A stretch of 64,000 nt of DNA from Antedon mediterranea. Its lineage: Eukaryota; Animalia; Echinodermata. Position numbers and translations under genes: made by a program. Positions 1 to 13,100 of the stretch are shown piece after piece (position 1 is the first letter of the stretch; every line of letters begins with the position of its first letter). The stretch lies in assembly GCF_964355755.1 (NCBI RefSeq), contig NC_092678.1, forward strand, positions 14,658,371 to 14,722,370, in the 5' to 3' direction. The notes beneath the pieces were generated by a model, which worked only from the letters and a program-made list of their open reading frames with translations, did not search any database and had not been told where the DNA came from.

Positions 1-1138
1 TGTCTTCAACATTATGATGGTGTACTCTAGCTGTTCAACCGGTTTTCAGCTATTAAAAACAATTATCGTAGGAGGAGATAGGAAAATGCGAAGCCTCCTC
101 GCTATGTAACATTAGGGTTGAGGGATGGGAAAGCGGATAGGTACAAAGAGGAACAATTTTTAAATATATTCTTTATCCACTGAGTAACGAAATATTTTGT
201 TCATGTTTTATAGGCCTATAAATAATATACCTCTAAATACAATAGGCCTAAAACATTTGCGATTTAATACTTTGTTAAAACTGTCACTGTCATAATCGAT
301 TGAAATATTAAAGTACATGTCACGATACACCACTACGACGTTTATATTTTTGGTAATTATTAATTAATACAAACGTTGAGAAGGAACTGTCAGTATAAAG
401 TTTATTTGTATATCTAACAGTAGAGCCTATCCACAGTCTCAGTAATAAAGTTTATTTGTATATATTTTTATATTACATCTAACAGTACGAACATTCACAG
501 TAAGAAATGTTCGATTCAAATAAAAAATAGTTAATAGGTATTTACAGTATTGTCAAAGTATTGCAAGTTTATTCTCAAAGGGCCCATATATTTACCTACC
601 GTATGTGTTAAACCAAGGGCTCATAAATTTACCTACAGTACTTGTGTTAAACCAAATTCTGGCAGACTGAGAGATTGGGATGTTCCATTCATCGCAAATC
701 AATACATTTGTATAATCGTATATTAAATCTATCAAAATAGTATTTTTTAAAGAAAATCGGCCTGTCTTCAACATTATGATGGTGTACTCTAGCTGTTCAA
801 CCGGTTTTCAGCTATTAAAAACAATTATCGTAGGAGGAGATAGAAAAATGCGAAGCCTCCTCGCATTTTTTTGGCGGGTATTTTTCAAGATGGACATCCA
901 TTAGACAGTGTATACCACGATCGGAAAACACCCCTATTTGGGGCAAATCTTTGAACCTAAATTCGTTTTAATCGTCAATAACTAATTATCTAACTCAATT
1001 TAATTAGTAAACAGGGTTACATCAGGCGGTTAAAATCAGTACCGAAAGTACGAACCAACTTTACATACCATCGAGTGAAAATTCTAGAAGTAAGGCGCGA
1101 TTTACCGAATTTTGCCCTTACGTAAATTTATATATAGA
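1..1138 (-). mobile_element. Non-autonomous Helitron, family A (lacks the 3' end; 1-102 repeats 761-862)
   Basis: Reverse complement of most of 45620-46650. It ends in ...AAATTTATATATAGA(1138), i.e. the 5'-TC terminus on the minus strand. Confidence 0.8.
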
Positions 1139-1591
1139 TTACACCTTTAACGTACGTGTGATCTGCGCCGCAAACATATCTTATCCTCCTTATTTTATAT
1201 CATATTACAATAATTGATTGAGTTATTTATAATTACTTGCTGAAATAAATATTTAGTAGTAATTAAACAAGATCCTACACAGTTATTGTGAGATTGGTAT
1301 ATTGTGCAATGAAATTGTTAATTTAACTATGTTTTATGTGGATAAATTGGTTGAATTTAGAATGATGACAGAAAGCAATGTTTTTATTAACCTGTATGTA
1401 TAAACTACATTTAATATTATGATTTATGTTATCGGTAAAATTTTAAAATAAGGAAATGCACAGACAACTGATATAATTCGGTCTACGTTCACAACAGCAT
1501 AGCCTTTAATTTCAATCATTTGTGTATTAACTATAATTATTTTCTGCAATAACCTGTATGTATAAACTCCATGATTATAATTTCTTTATAG

Positions 1592-1618
1592 GACGGAAAT
1601 ACCCCACTGCATGAATAA
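1592..1618 (+). pseudogene. Truncated ankyrin-repeat exon remnant
   Basis: Acceptor tttctttatAG (AG at 1590-1591) is followed in phase 0 by GAC GGA AAT ACC CCA CTG CAT GAA TAA = DGNTPLHE*. This matches the ankyrin start consensus GxTPLH. Confidence 0.55.
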
Positions 1619-2046
1619 TTAGTCATTTGAATGATAGTGTTTAGCGATTTGTTTCCTCAAAAATTTAAAATTAAAATTCTAGCAAATTGACTACGTCGCC
1701 CATGCACCATGTAAAACTGCACCGTACAAGTTTCTTGCAAATGCGGAATTTAATTGTTCTCCGACTTGATCCGATTTACTATAACAAATAAATAATGATT
1801 ACAAAATAATATATACGGTATCTATCATACAGTACAACATAAATAATTCTATACAATAATAATATACCTTACATAAGTATCTAAATAAGTCATAGATAAA
1901 AAAATACAATATAAATAATTCTTGGTTTAAAATAATTACAACTATAATAATAATAAGATAAGTCTCAATTGCTTACCAAAGATATGCCTGGATAACATGT
2001 GCAGCTATAGCTATACACTATATCAATTACTACTGTACTACAGCTT

Positions 2047-2143
2047 TAGGCTTCTAAGTAAGGCTTGGTACATCTACCACTTATATAGGCTTCTAAGTAA
2101 GCCTTGGTACATCTACTACTTCTATAGGCTTCTAAATAAGCCT
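2047..2143. repeat. 39-bp minisatellite, ~2.5 copies
   Basis: Unit taggcttctaagtaaggcttggtacatctaccacttata starts at 2047, 2086 and 2125. Confidence 0.85.
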
Positions 2144-2596
2144 TTTGTGCTTGCTAGGTCCTTACCCAACAAGCCTAACTATCCAACTGCCAGCCACAGC
2201 CCAAGCAAGCTATGCCCTCGTTAGCATAACCCATATGGTTGGTCACCTGTTCACTTGACACCCTTCAGTGAACACAAGCACAGTATACCTAGCTTGGATT
2301 TACACCATGCATGTACACTATACTAGTACAAAAATGCCTTTCATTAAATGTTACTTCAAACAAAAGTTAAAACACAAAATCATGTTGTTAATATTAATTA
2401 TAAGTACTGTAACTTTATTCCGTGAATTAGTTACCTTCGAAGAGACGTAGCTTAACATTGCCTGAGTTATTACCAGATTGAGGGCGCAGTTATTTTGTAT
2501 GGAAGGCTGCACTCAATTTTAAGTTTTTAATCTGGAGATATTTAGCTTTTAAAACGTATTCATGGATGTTTTACTATGTTTAAATTTAATTTAAAC

Positions 2597-5240
2597 GCCT
2601 ACCATCTAGCTCGTGCCCATAGATGGTTCTCGAATACCTAGTCATTTCAGCGTTAAAAAACTGGCGATTTCCAGGACAATAATACATGTCGTTTACAGGA
2701 AAGAATAAATAGACACTGTGATTTATGTGCTCAACTAAAATATGCACCATGGGAACTATAATGGAAAATGTTCATCTGGTTTGTAGTAATAAGTTATTTG
2801 AAATGTTCTTTTTTCCAAACCAACAATAACCTTGACAGTTTCGCTGTCCTGATCGGACAGCTACTTTAGAAGTAATGATGATCTATCATCAAATAGATTG
2901 ACCTCTAGTGGGCCTATTCTGTTTAATGACAGGTCATACACGTGACTGAGTTGGTGGGCGCCTTCGTCTTTGTTGATGATTTGGTTTCTTCGTCGGCGGA
3001 TCCAGATGGCTTCCGTGTTGCATCGGTTGTTTACATATGTTTCCCTGTCGATGATGCTAGGTTGTGTCCAGTATGATGTGGTTTAACTGAAAGGCATGAT
3101 CTGCTCTAGCTGATTTGCTCATTTCCTTTTCTGATTCTCGATGTGATTGAGGAGTGAAGTTCCTTCTCTGTTGGGTTACCTTTTCTGTTTCTTTTCTTTG
3201 TTCTTTTAATCTTGTGCCAAAACAAGGACTCGTTTCTCCAACGTAAGTGTGATCACTTAATTTCGTAGCCACTGTTAATTTGTCGATTTGGTCATTAGTG
3301 TTGATCCATCCGATCAGGAAAGCAAAACTGTCAAGGTTAGTTTACTAATTGTTGATTAGGAAAAAAGAAAATTTCAAAATAAAAAAAAAATAATCCTGGA
3401 AAATACTTAATTTGTGTTTTGAATGTAACATTAGGGTTGATGGATGGGGAAAAGGATAGGTATAAAGAGGAACAATTTTTAAAGATATTATGTATCCTTA
3501 TTAACAAAAAAAAACAATGTTTTCATGTTTTAAAAATAATATACCACTAAACACAGTAAAACATTGCGATGTAAAACTTTGTTGAAACTGTTAATTAGTA
3601 GGCCTAATGGTTTTTTAATTGTTTCTTAGAGCCAATTCATACTTAAGTTTGTTCCTACCCACCAAAGTTTTTCTGCTTTTAGGGCATGTGATCCTTCGTA
3701 CCACCGTAGGCCTATCCTCTACTGGCTTTACAGGAAGGTGATGGTTGGATGGTTTAACTACAATAATAGATATCTGTACATAATATACGGCGACTGAAAA
3801 CGCTAGCTCATTATCCGTTTAAAAAAAACTATATCCAACCACTGCAGCACAGATTGAAAAACAAAATTGATCGAATTTCTGTTATGACTGTACATGCCTA
3901 AACGACGCCTGAGGGAATAGACACTTGTAGAAAAGAGATTGGAATGTTCCATTCATAGCAAATCAATACATTTTGTATAAACGTATATAAATCTATGAAA
4001 ATAATTATTATTTTTTTTAAGAAAGTCTTCAACATTATGATTCTGTATTCAGGCTGTTCAACCAGTTTTCAGTTATTAAAGACAATCATCGTAGTACGAG
4101 ATAGGATTTTTTTTTTACAGAAACGAAATAGACACACTGATTTATGCAGTCAACCAAAATTAGCATCCTGTGAATTCTTCCGAAATAGAAACTTGTCAAA
4201 AAATGAGTTCAAAATTGTGATTGATAAACAAATCCAATGTGTGTTTTGTATGTAACATTAGGGTAGAGGGATGGGGAAGAGGATAGGTACAAAGAGGAAC
4301 AAGTTTTTAATATATTCTATCCACTCAGAAACAAAATATTTTGTTCAAGCTTTATAGGCCTATAAATAATATACCACTAAATACAGTAAAACACGTGCGA
4401 TGGGATGTAATACTTTGTTAAAACTGTCATTGTCATAGTCGATTGAAATAGTAAAGTACATGTAACGATACACCACTACAACATTTATATGTTTTGTAAT
4501 TATTGATTAATACAAACGTTGAGAAGGAACTGTCAGTATAAAGTCTATTTGTATATTATGTGCGGCTTTGTATATATTTCAAATAATTGTTTGTATTATA
4601 TCTAACAGTACCAACACTCACAATAAGAAATTTGCGATCCAAATGGCAATCAAACGCCTATTAAACATACTTACAGTATTGTATAGCATTGCAATACTAT
4701 CTGTGTTTATTCTCCAAGGGCCCGTAAATTGACTTACTTGTGTTAAACCATTGAGGTATACCTCCATGGTTAAACCAATTAATTTGGAATGTTCCACTCA
4801 TCACAAATCAATATATTTGTATAAACGTATATTAAATGTATCAAAATAGTATTAAAAACAAAAATTGGCCTGTTTTCAACATTATGATGCTGTATTCGAG
4901 CAGCTGTTCAATCGGTTTTCAGCCATTACAAACATTTATCGTAGGAGGAGATAAGAAATGCGAGGCATCCTCTTATTATTGCGTGCGGGTATTTTTCAAG
5001 ATGGACATCCATTAGACATAGTATCGAAAAACACCCCTATTTGAGGCAAATCGTTGAACCTAAATTCGTTTTAGTTGTCAGAAACTAATTATCTAACTCA
5101 ATTTAATTAGTAAACAGGGTTACATCAGATGGTTAAAATCAGTACCGAAAGCACGAACCAACTTTATATACCATCGAGTAAAAATTCTAGAAATAACCTG
5201 CGATTTACCGAATTTTGCCCATACGTAAATGTATATATAA
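2597..5240 (-). mobile_element. Decayed, tandem Helitron family A copies, interrupted by a Penelope-like fragment
   Basis: 2597-2760 matches the family 3' end (ctaccatctagctcgtgcccatagatggttctcgaatac, cf. 40200-40340). 3410-4100 and 4120-5240 match internal and 5' parts of 40176-41635. Confidence 0.7.
2798..3378 (-). mobile_element. Penelope-like retroelement 3' fragment (GIY-YIG) with inverted terminal segments
   Basis: ORF 3057-3272 has YVGET..FGTRLKEQ and KSARADHA..LNHII. Inverted repeats at 2798-2857 and 3309-3378. A degenerate hammerhead-like motif lies at ~2830-2872 on the minus strand. Confidence 0.75.
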
Positions 5241-5670
5241 ATTACCCCTTTTACGTACGTATGATCTGCACCGCAAACATATGTTATCCACTTTATTTTA
5301 TATCATATTACAATTGATTGAGTTATTTAAAATTACTTGGTGCAATAATTATTTAGTAGTAATTAAACAAGATTCTACAGTTATTTTGCAATGAAAGTAT
5401 TAATTTAACTATGTTGTATGTATACATGTCATTATAGAAAGGTTGAATTTATAATCATGACAGAAAACAATGTTCACATTAATCTGTATGTATAAACTAC
5501 ACGGTTTTGATTTATTTTATACGTCAAGTTTTTAAATAATGGAATACACAGACAATTAATATAATTCGATCTACGTTCACAACATATGCACCAGTAAAAC
5601 CTTTTATTTCAATTTTGTTTTTTTTTTATTTATAATCTAACTATAATTATTCGCTGCAATAACCTGTATG
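4247..5670 (+). repeat. Diverged direct duplication of ~104-1560 (Helitron A plus its flank)
   Basis: Similarity continues past the Helitron end: acgtacgt.tgatctgc.ccgcaaacatat at ~1150 and ~5253, running to aacctgtatg at 1551 and 5661. Confidence 0.8.
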
Positions 5671-5873
5671 GATGAATGCGGTTCCGCCGCTATCCAATCG
5701 AGTTTAAACAATACCATGAAAGCCGCAGTTGTCTATTTTTTGTTTTGTTTATGCTGGTTTATTAAAACAAAGCCATGGCAGTACAAAAGTAAATTGCGTC
5801 CAGTAACTTTAATATAACATAAATACCAAAATAAGCAAAATTTACACAAACATTCAATATAAAAATATATATA

Positions 5874-6040
5874 TCTATATATAAATTATGGTTTATTCTG
5901 ACATAGGCGAGCACAATGGAAAAACATCGGAACTAATCTCCGCCTTGGATACATACCTTATCAATCTCAGATGTACCGCGAAACGTATATTTGATAACAT
6001 TAGGTTTCAGTACTACGCCATTGTTCCCTATTTATATCTT
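5874..6040 (+). mobile_element. 5' portion of a second Helitron-like family (B)
   Basis: Starts TCTATATATAAA like family A. About 160 bp is shared with 20567-20730. Confidence 0.55.
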
Positions 6041-6263
6041 AAGAAGATATAAAAGATTTTATAAGAAATGTTCTGATTTAAATCTGTAAATTTTAACTCT
6101 ACGCGCGGTAGAAGTAATTTCCTGGTTCACGGTAAAGTGTGTCAATAACATTGCAAGTTCCCTGCATAGTTGGTTTCAACCAGGGAGTTGTAAAACAAAT
6201 TTCTAATGGTCTAATGAAAGATGAGGGCGTATCAATTTGATCTCTGGTGCGCGTGCGCCGAGA

Positions 6264-6500
6264 ATGTTAAAGAGTCGCTATCCAATCGAGTTTGAACAAT
6301 ACGATGAAAGCCCCAGTGGTCTAATGGTTAGGGTATCTGCATATCAAGCAGGCGGTCCGAGTTCGAGTCTCGGTTGGGGCGACTTTTTCTCATTCTCACA
6401 GATTTCCTCATCTTTATCGTTTCAAATTAATTAACTAAATTACAGTATATCACCGGGCGGTTTAGAATTAACGTTCATTGCCTAATGTGTTTATATATAT
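6264..6500 (+). mobile_element. tRNA-containing dispersed repeat (SINE-like)
   Basis: Contains the cloverleaf at 6310-6381. Related copies at 30215-30370, 5685-5735 (5' part) and 14978-15060 (3' tail). Bracketed by a 43-bp direct repeat (6215-6257 / 6543-6585). Confidence 0.75.
6310..6381 (+). tRNA. tRNA-like cloverleaf with ATC (Asp-type) anticodon; probably a repeat-borne pseudo-tRNA
   Basis: Acceptor stem GCCCCAG/TTGGGGC, A-box TGGTCTAATGG, anticodon arm TCTGC-ATATCAA-GCAGG, T arm CCGAG-TTCGAGT-CTCGG, then a TTTTT terminator. Confidence 0.5.
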
Positions 6501-6644
6501 AAAAGTATCTTTTCGGAGATCCCGCCTCGTGAATAAAAATACTGAAAGATGAGGGCGTATCAATTTGATCTCTGGTGCGTGTGCGTACAACTGAGGAAAT
6601 CGTATACAATAGCCTATTGTTTCAGATAAACTATTTGGATCTGC

Positions 6645-7690
6645 AATTTAGTAAGAATTTTTTCCTATGTCTACAAGTAGAGACTAACTCGTTCTTACGG
6701 TTTAGTGAGCATAGCTCTGGTTGACGTATAATAATATACTTTTCATATATACATAAATTACATCTTTTGTTATTATTTGAGTAAGGTTTGCATTTATTTA
6801 TAATTTTCCATTTAATTGAGTAATTTGTTTTAGAGTCTTTAATTGTCCATTATATTTACTGAGTTCAGTTGCGTTTATTAGTTTTTCGTTCCGGAATGAA
6901 GACGTATTGTTTCTGTATCTGGTTTTAAACTGGTTTTCAGTTAGTCCGACATATGTTTCTTCTTTTGATGAATCTTCTCTCTTTACTGTAGCTTGGTAAA
7001 CTACACCTTTTGTTAGGCAGTTACCTGGGAGCGGGCATTCACTGGGATTGCGGCAGTTACATCCATTTGTTTTCGCGTTGATTTCAGTAGACTTTTCTTT
7101 GGCTATCACATATTTGTTGTGTGCGTTAATTACTTTTTCTACGCTGGGCATGCAACTGTAGCTTAGTTTCAAGGTATTTCTGATATAATGTGATAATATT
7201 TTTCTGAGCTTGTTGCCGGCAGGAAAACAATCTTCTACTATAGCTAAAAACGTGTGGCCGATGTTGGTTGCTACGTTTTTGCTGAATGGTGGGTTAAACC
7301 AAATTATGTTTCTGGGACGTGATTTTTTGGGCGTCTGCTGTTCAGCATTGAACTCAAGTTGATGATTGTATCCGCTTTTTTTGAGGGCTTCCTGGTATAG
7401 GGGTGCAGATGCATGAAATGTATCTTTGTCTGATGAGATGTCAGAAAGGCGTCTATTTATAGCAAGTGGGATGTTGCAGATAATAGATGGAGGATGGTTG
7501 CTGTCATGGTGCACGTAGGCTGGTTTGTTATTAGGCTTAGTGAAAGGTCGGGAGATCATCCCTGTCCTTAGGTCGAACGTTACATCCAAATAATTGACTA
7601 TTTTCTTGTTAGCATCAATCGTTAGCTTGAGGTTGTTCTCCTGGAAAACCTTACAAATATCTTTCTTGATTAGCTCAATCGTTTTGGCTG
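6645..7690 (-). mobile_element. Penelope-like element, 5'-truncated (RT C-terminus plus GIY-YIG, frameshifted)
   Basis: ORF 6798-7721 has NYLDVTFDL, YVHHDSNHPPSII, WFNPPFS, CNCRNPSECPLPGNCL and GVVYQ..YVGLT..FKTRY. The shifted frame ends RCNLCIYEK...ELVSTCRHRKKFLL. Confidence 0.9.
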
Positions 7691-7719
7691 ATTCGGTCAG
7701 GTGGTCCGAGTTCGAGATC

Positions 7720-9800
7720 AAAATTTGAACATCACACCTCTGTCACTCATCCCGATGATATGCAAATGAGCCAAAAAAAACAAATTAGGTGAAATTACAG
7801 GGTTACCATGTCTCAAAAACTACAAGTCCGAGAGAGTTGATTTCTTTAGTGATTTATTCAAAATGTATATATTTATATTTGCTCTAATGAAACATTTTAC
7901 AAAAAAAATGACCGGAAGTACAACATTTGACCCTCGACCCCATTTCTCAATGTTTGCATAAATAATGTGACTAAAATGTCTGTAGAGACTTTATTTTGCC
8001 GTCAAATGACCCCGATATAGGTTCCCACTAGCCAGTAGAGGACCACTTTATAATTCCCAAAATCACACCTTTGTCACACACCTCGAAATTATGCAAATTA
8101 GTACAAGTTAAAATCACATTTTTGTTACACACCTCGAAAGTATGCAAATTAGTAGTACAAATTACATAAAATATGCAAATAAGGGGGTAAAATTATAATC
8201 TTTCTAAACAACTATTATTGCTAGAGAGTTGATTTTTTCAAGGTTTATTCACAATGTACATATTTATATTCGCTCTAATGAAACATTTTACCCAAACATT
8301 ATCAGAAGTATGAAATTTGACCCTCAACCTTATTTCTCAATATTTGCATATAATGCAACTAAAATGTCTGTACACACTTTGTTTTGGCCTCAAATTACTA
8401 GGATACAGGTTTTCTATAATTTATATAAGATATGGCAATTCACTGAAATTTGCATATTTCATATAACTTTTACTACTAATTTGCATATTTTCGAGGTGCT
8501 TGAATGTTGTAATTACTATACGGTCCTATACTGGCTATATAAAACATGTATCCAAGTCATTTGAGGCCAAAACAAGGTCTGTACATACATTTTAGTTGCA
8601 TTATGCAAAGAAATAGGGTCGAGGGTCAAATGTCATACTCATACTCATAATTTTGGGGGTAAAATGTTTCATTAGAGTGAATAAAAATATGTACATTCTG
8701 AATAAGGCCTTGGAAAAATCAACTCTCTAGCATTATTGGTTTTCGAGATATGGGAAGACTGTAATGTCAGTCCCTTATTTGCATATTTCATGTAATTTGT
8801 ACTACTAATTAAGATAATTTCGAGATGCGTGACAAAGGCGTGATTTTAGGAATTTTAAAAGCGGTCCTATACTGACGATAGGAAAACTTTATCCGAGTCA
8901 TTTGAGTCCAAAACAAAGTCTCTACAGACATTTTAGTAGCATTATGTATGCAAACATTGATAAATGGGGTCGAGGGTCAATTTTTGTATTTCCGGTAATT
9001 TTTTTGTAAAATGTTTTATTAGAGCAAATATAAATAATTATGTACATTCTGAACAAGTTTTTAGGAAAAATCAACTCTCTAGCCTTAGTGGTTTTCGATA
9101 TATAGGAACCTGCAATTTCACCTCCTAATTTGCATATTTCAAGTAATTTGTACTAATAATTTGTATACTTTGGAGGTTAATGATACAGGTGTGAGATTGA
9201 GATTTACTTAACAATTCTATGTTGACTATTGGAAACTTGTATCCGAGTCATTTGAGGGCAGAACAAAGTCTCTACAGACATTTTAGTTTGATTATATATG
9301 CAATATTAAGAAATTGAATCAATGTTCAAATTTCATACTTCCGGTCATTTTTATGTAAAATTTTTCATTGGAGCAAATAGAAATAAGAAAAAATCAACTC
9401 TCTAGCATAGTGGTTTTCGAGATGTAGGACAACTGTAATTTTCCCCCTTATTTGCATATTTTATTTAACTTTTACTACTAATTTGCATATTTTTGAAGTG
9501 TGTGAAAAAGGTGTGATTTTGGAAAATACAAATTGGTCCTATGCTGACTATTAGGAACCTATATCGGTGTCATTTGATGTCAAAATAAAGTCTCTACAGA
9601 CATTTTAGTGACATTGTGTATGCAAACATTGAGAAATGGGATCGAGGGTCAAATGTTGTACTTCCAGTTATGTTTTCGTAAAATGTATTATTTTTAGAGC
9701 AAATATAAATATATACATTTTGAATAAATCTGTGAAAAAATAAACTCTCTTGGACTAGTAGTTTTAGAGATATGATAACCCTGTAATTTCACCCTAATTC
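7720..9800. mobile_element. Foldback-type inverted-repeat element, copy 1 (termini eroded)
   Basis: 7720-8420 and 8430-9800 are inverted arms built from ~300-350-bp subrepeats rich in ATGCAAAT. Same family as 25290-27581. Confidence 0.8.
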
Positions 9801-9844
9801 ACCTAAGCAGAGGTTTGTTTCTAATTATAAAAACAATTATACAT

Positions 9845-9972
9845 TAACAGGGCCATATACATCGCTGCAGTCCCTTGCTAATGTTAGTTTTTACCGACCA
9901 ACCGACAGACCGACCAACCGGACAACCGATCGATATTGTGAGGTGTAGAGTCGCGTTGCACGCGAGTAAAAA
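9845..9972 (-). mobile_element. Short DINE-1/Helentron-like non-autonomous element with a tetranucleotide microsatellite
   Basis: Reverse complement of 22232-22360 (gtgcaacgcgactctaca...(GGTC/GGTT)n...atgtatatggc), with T-rich ends. Confidence 0.6.
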
Positions 9973-10042
9973 CTATTTTCTGGATCAATAACGACTAATT
10001 ATTATATATTTATTAATAATTGATTTTATACTTTGTTTATAG

Positions 10043-10127
10043 CAAAACAATACAGCAGTATATGTTTTAGAAAATAATACGCTGATGGACCAAACAGAAA
10101 AAATCAGAATATTAGAGTATTTTGACA
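10043..10127 (+). CDS. Putative upstream exon of the Roco gene (possible last, degenerate ankyrin repeat)
   Basis: ctttgtttatAG|CAA...GAC A|GTAAGT encodes QNNTAVYVLENNTLMDQTEKIRILEYFD. Its phase-1 end fits the phase-1 start of exon 20043. An in-frame ATG is at 10085. Confidence 0.55.
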
Positions 10128-10154
10128 GTAAGTTAATACAAAGTTTATTTGATT

Positions 10155-10197
<43 letters not shown>

Positions 10198-13100
10198 TTA
10201 ATAATTTATTAATTTTCTGTCATAAACAATACAAAGAAGACAGAGCAATTATAAAAGGGGGCAAGGAAAGACCAAACATATGCTAAACACTTATGCTAGT
10301 TGGTCAACCCAGAACATACAGAGCACAGAAATAAATAAATAATATAAGGTTCTGCAATTAAAGCACCTACAAGAAAGCAACCAACTACACACATTTTCAA
10401 TATCAAAATTATTTAAAAAGTAAATATTAAGATAATTTAATAATTTGACCGTTCGTTGGTGGCGTTTAAATGTCCAAGTGCTTTTAAAAAACCTACGATT
10501 AATAATCAGTTTTTTAAAATACTTTGAATTTAAGTTCGATATTAGAAACATAATGGAGTAAGCCGTTGTGTCTTCTGAGTATACTTCTGCCTAAATCGTT
10601 TTAATTAGATACCTTTGATAGTACTTTGAGTTGTAAATCTACGTAGCCCATATTCAACAACAGTTTGATCAAACAGCCAAAAAAACGGTGAAGGGAAGTC
10701 ATCGATTGGTGAAACAATTGTTTACACGAGCAACCTATAGCAACAAAAGATTAGAGCCTAGCTTTACTTGTGTACGGACGCTTCACGCTCTAGTAAATTT
10801 TCTATGTCTTTGAAACCGCTTGTTGCGATAGAGACAGCAAAACAACCTAGGTATTTGTCAAAGACGATGACATTCGGAGCAAAAGAATGTAAAAAAGAAG
10901 ACATATATTTTGCATTGAGAGACGTAATCAATTTTGATAACCTAATTGGTACTCAAAAAGTGAAAAACCTTTGAAGGATCTATATAAATGATCACGGAGA
11001 AAGAGTCAAAGTAATAACTTCTGGGCTCAACATAAAGAAAAGCAAGTACGTTTTATGATTTAAACCCATACATCAACGCAGATGAGAACTTGATAAGAGT
11101 TCTAGTGAAAGACTTTACTTTATCAGTCAGAAATGAGGAGATAACTAACGCCTTAAAAAAAATTAGGATGTAAGATCATTGGAGAGACACAACTAATTAA
11201 ATTCAGAATACAAGGAAAACTATCCCGTTTCCTGAACAGGGATCGTGCTATATTCGTAGAGCGCTTCCAAGGAAGCTTTGCAAGATTCATTAAAGTGAAT
11301 AATTTCAGTGCTAGGCTCTTTCACAAAGACCAGACATTCGAAATTACATGTTTCAAATGCGGTCTAACTGGGCATAAAATCAATGAATGCCCGAAAAAGA
11401 TGGACAGTATAATCTGTCACAAATGCAATATGTCAGGCAACTTTGCAAAAAATTGTAAAAGTGATGTATATGTAAGCCTACCACACAAAGTCGTTATGAA
11501 CTCTACAAATACATTACCAAAGCTTACAACGAATATAACTGAGTGGATTAATAATGAGGAAGAATACCCGCACGAAGCAATGAAAATAGAAGTAGGAATG
11601 GAAGAGGAAGAGCAAGTCGAAGTGGACATAGAAGAGGAAGATGAAGAAGAGGAAGAAAAGTTATTAGACATCATTGAAGAAGAGAATAAACAAGATAAGC
11701 AACAAGCAACGTCATAGTAGTTCTAGAAAAACTACTTAACAAACCAGTTATGCCAACAAATAAGCCCGAATTGATAAAATTAGATGTAAAGGTTCAGCAA
11801 ATTATGAAGGAAGCCATAGACAGAGTGAAAACGATAAATCAGAAAGATAATGAAAAAAGGCAACCACAAGACCAAAAGAATGAAAAGAAGAAGCAAAGAA
11901 AACGAGATAAAAAAAAAGCAAGCAATGTTGAGCAGACAAATAAAGCTGTTGAGAGAGCAAGTAGTATAAGCAAGGGTATGAGACCAATTACATAATATGT
12001 ATTTCGCAACTACTAGCAAAACAGATGCCTCTAATACCAAAGCGATAGTTGCTAGAGAGCAGTTTGCATCCAGCAAATGGAAAAGCTTACTGGAAGTGGT
12101 GAAAACAATTTTGAAAAGAGAGATAGAACATCTGATTCAGTAAGTTAAATTAATTGTTCTTGCTTCAACTGTCAACTCAGTAAATTTAATATAATTATTA
12201 CTACATACTACAGATGTTCACGAGATAGTAGAGGAACAAAATAAATACTATGAACATCTGTATTCAAAAAAAGTTCTAACAGAAAATGAAATAAATAACT
12301 ATTTACAAAATACTACAGTTAAAAAACTCTCTGAGAAAGTTAAAATAGAATGTGAAGGAATATTAACAGAAGTAGAACTAAAAAAAGCAATATCTAACAT
12401 GAAGTTGAATAAAAGTCCGGGTTCTGATGGACTAAGTTTCGAATTCTATTGTCATTTTTGGGAATATCTAAAAGATATTTTGTGTAATTCTTTAAATTAC
12501 AGTTATAACAATAATAGTTTAAGTAACTCACAGAGGTTAGGTGAAATGAATATTTTATTTAAGAGTGGATAGAGAGAGTGTCTCGAAAACAGGAGACCAA
12601 TTACATTGTTAAATGCAGATTACAAAATAATGGCACATGCTCTTTCAAACAGACTAAAAAAAGTATTAGGGTCTATTATTAGTAATGATCAAAAAGGATA
12701 TATTAATGGGAGATTTGGAGGAGAAAATATTAGACTGGTCGAAGATGTGTTGTCTTATACGAAAAAAAAGCAAATACCAGGAGCCATGATTTTTCTTGAC
12801 TTTGCTAAGGTTTTCGACACAATAGATAGAAAACTAATGTTAAATGCACGTTCTAAAAAAAGTGGTTTTGGTTTATCTTTTGTACATTGGATAAATGTAA
12901 TATACACAGTCACTAGATGTATGGTTAAACATAACGGATGGGTTTCAAACAGTTTTAATATGGAATGTGGAGTACGTCAAGGTTGTCCATTGTCTGCACT
13001 ATAATTTACTGTTGCAGTAGAGGTAATGGCAATAAATATAAGGAATAATCCATTTTGTAAGGAAATTGATTTACCTGAGAATAAAGATATTGATAATATT

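Noticed and set aside
1756-2260. Possible solo LTR (TG...CA, internal minisatellite)
   Set aside because: No target-site duplication, primer-binding site or second copy was seen.
8229-8564. ORFs within the foldback arms (also at 25326-27506)
   Set aside because: They are chance frames in non-coding subrepeats, with no transposase motifs.
11417-12076. Ser-rich and hydrophobic minus-strand ORFs
   Set aside because: They are antisense shadows of the Glu/Lys-rich LINE ORF1 tail.
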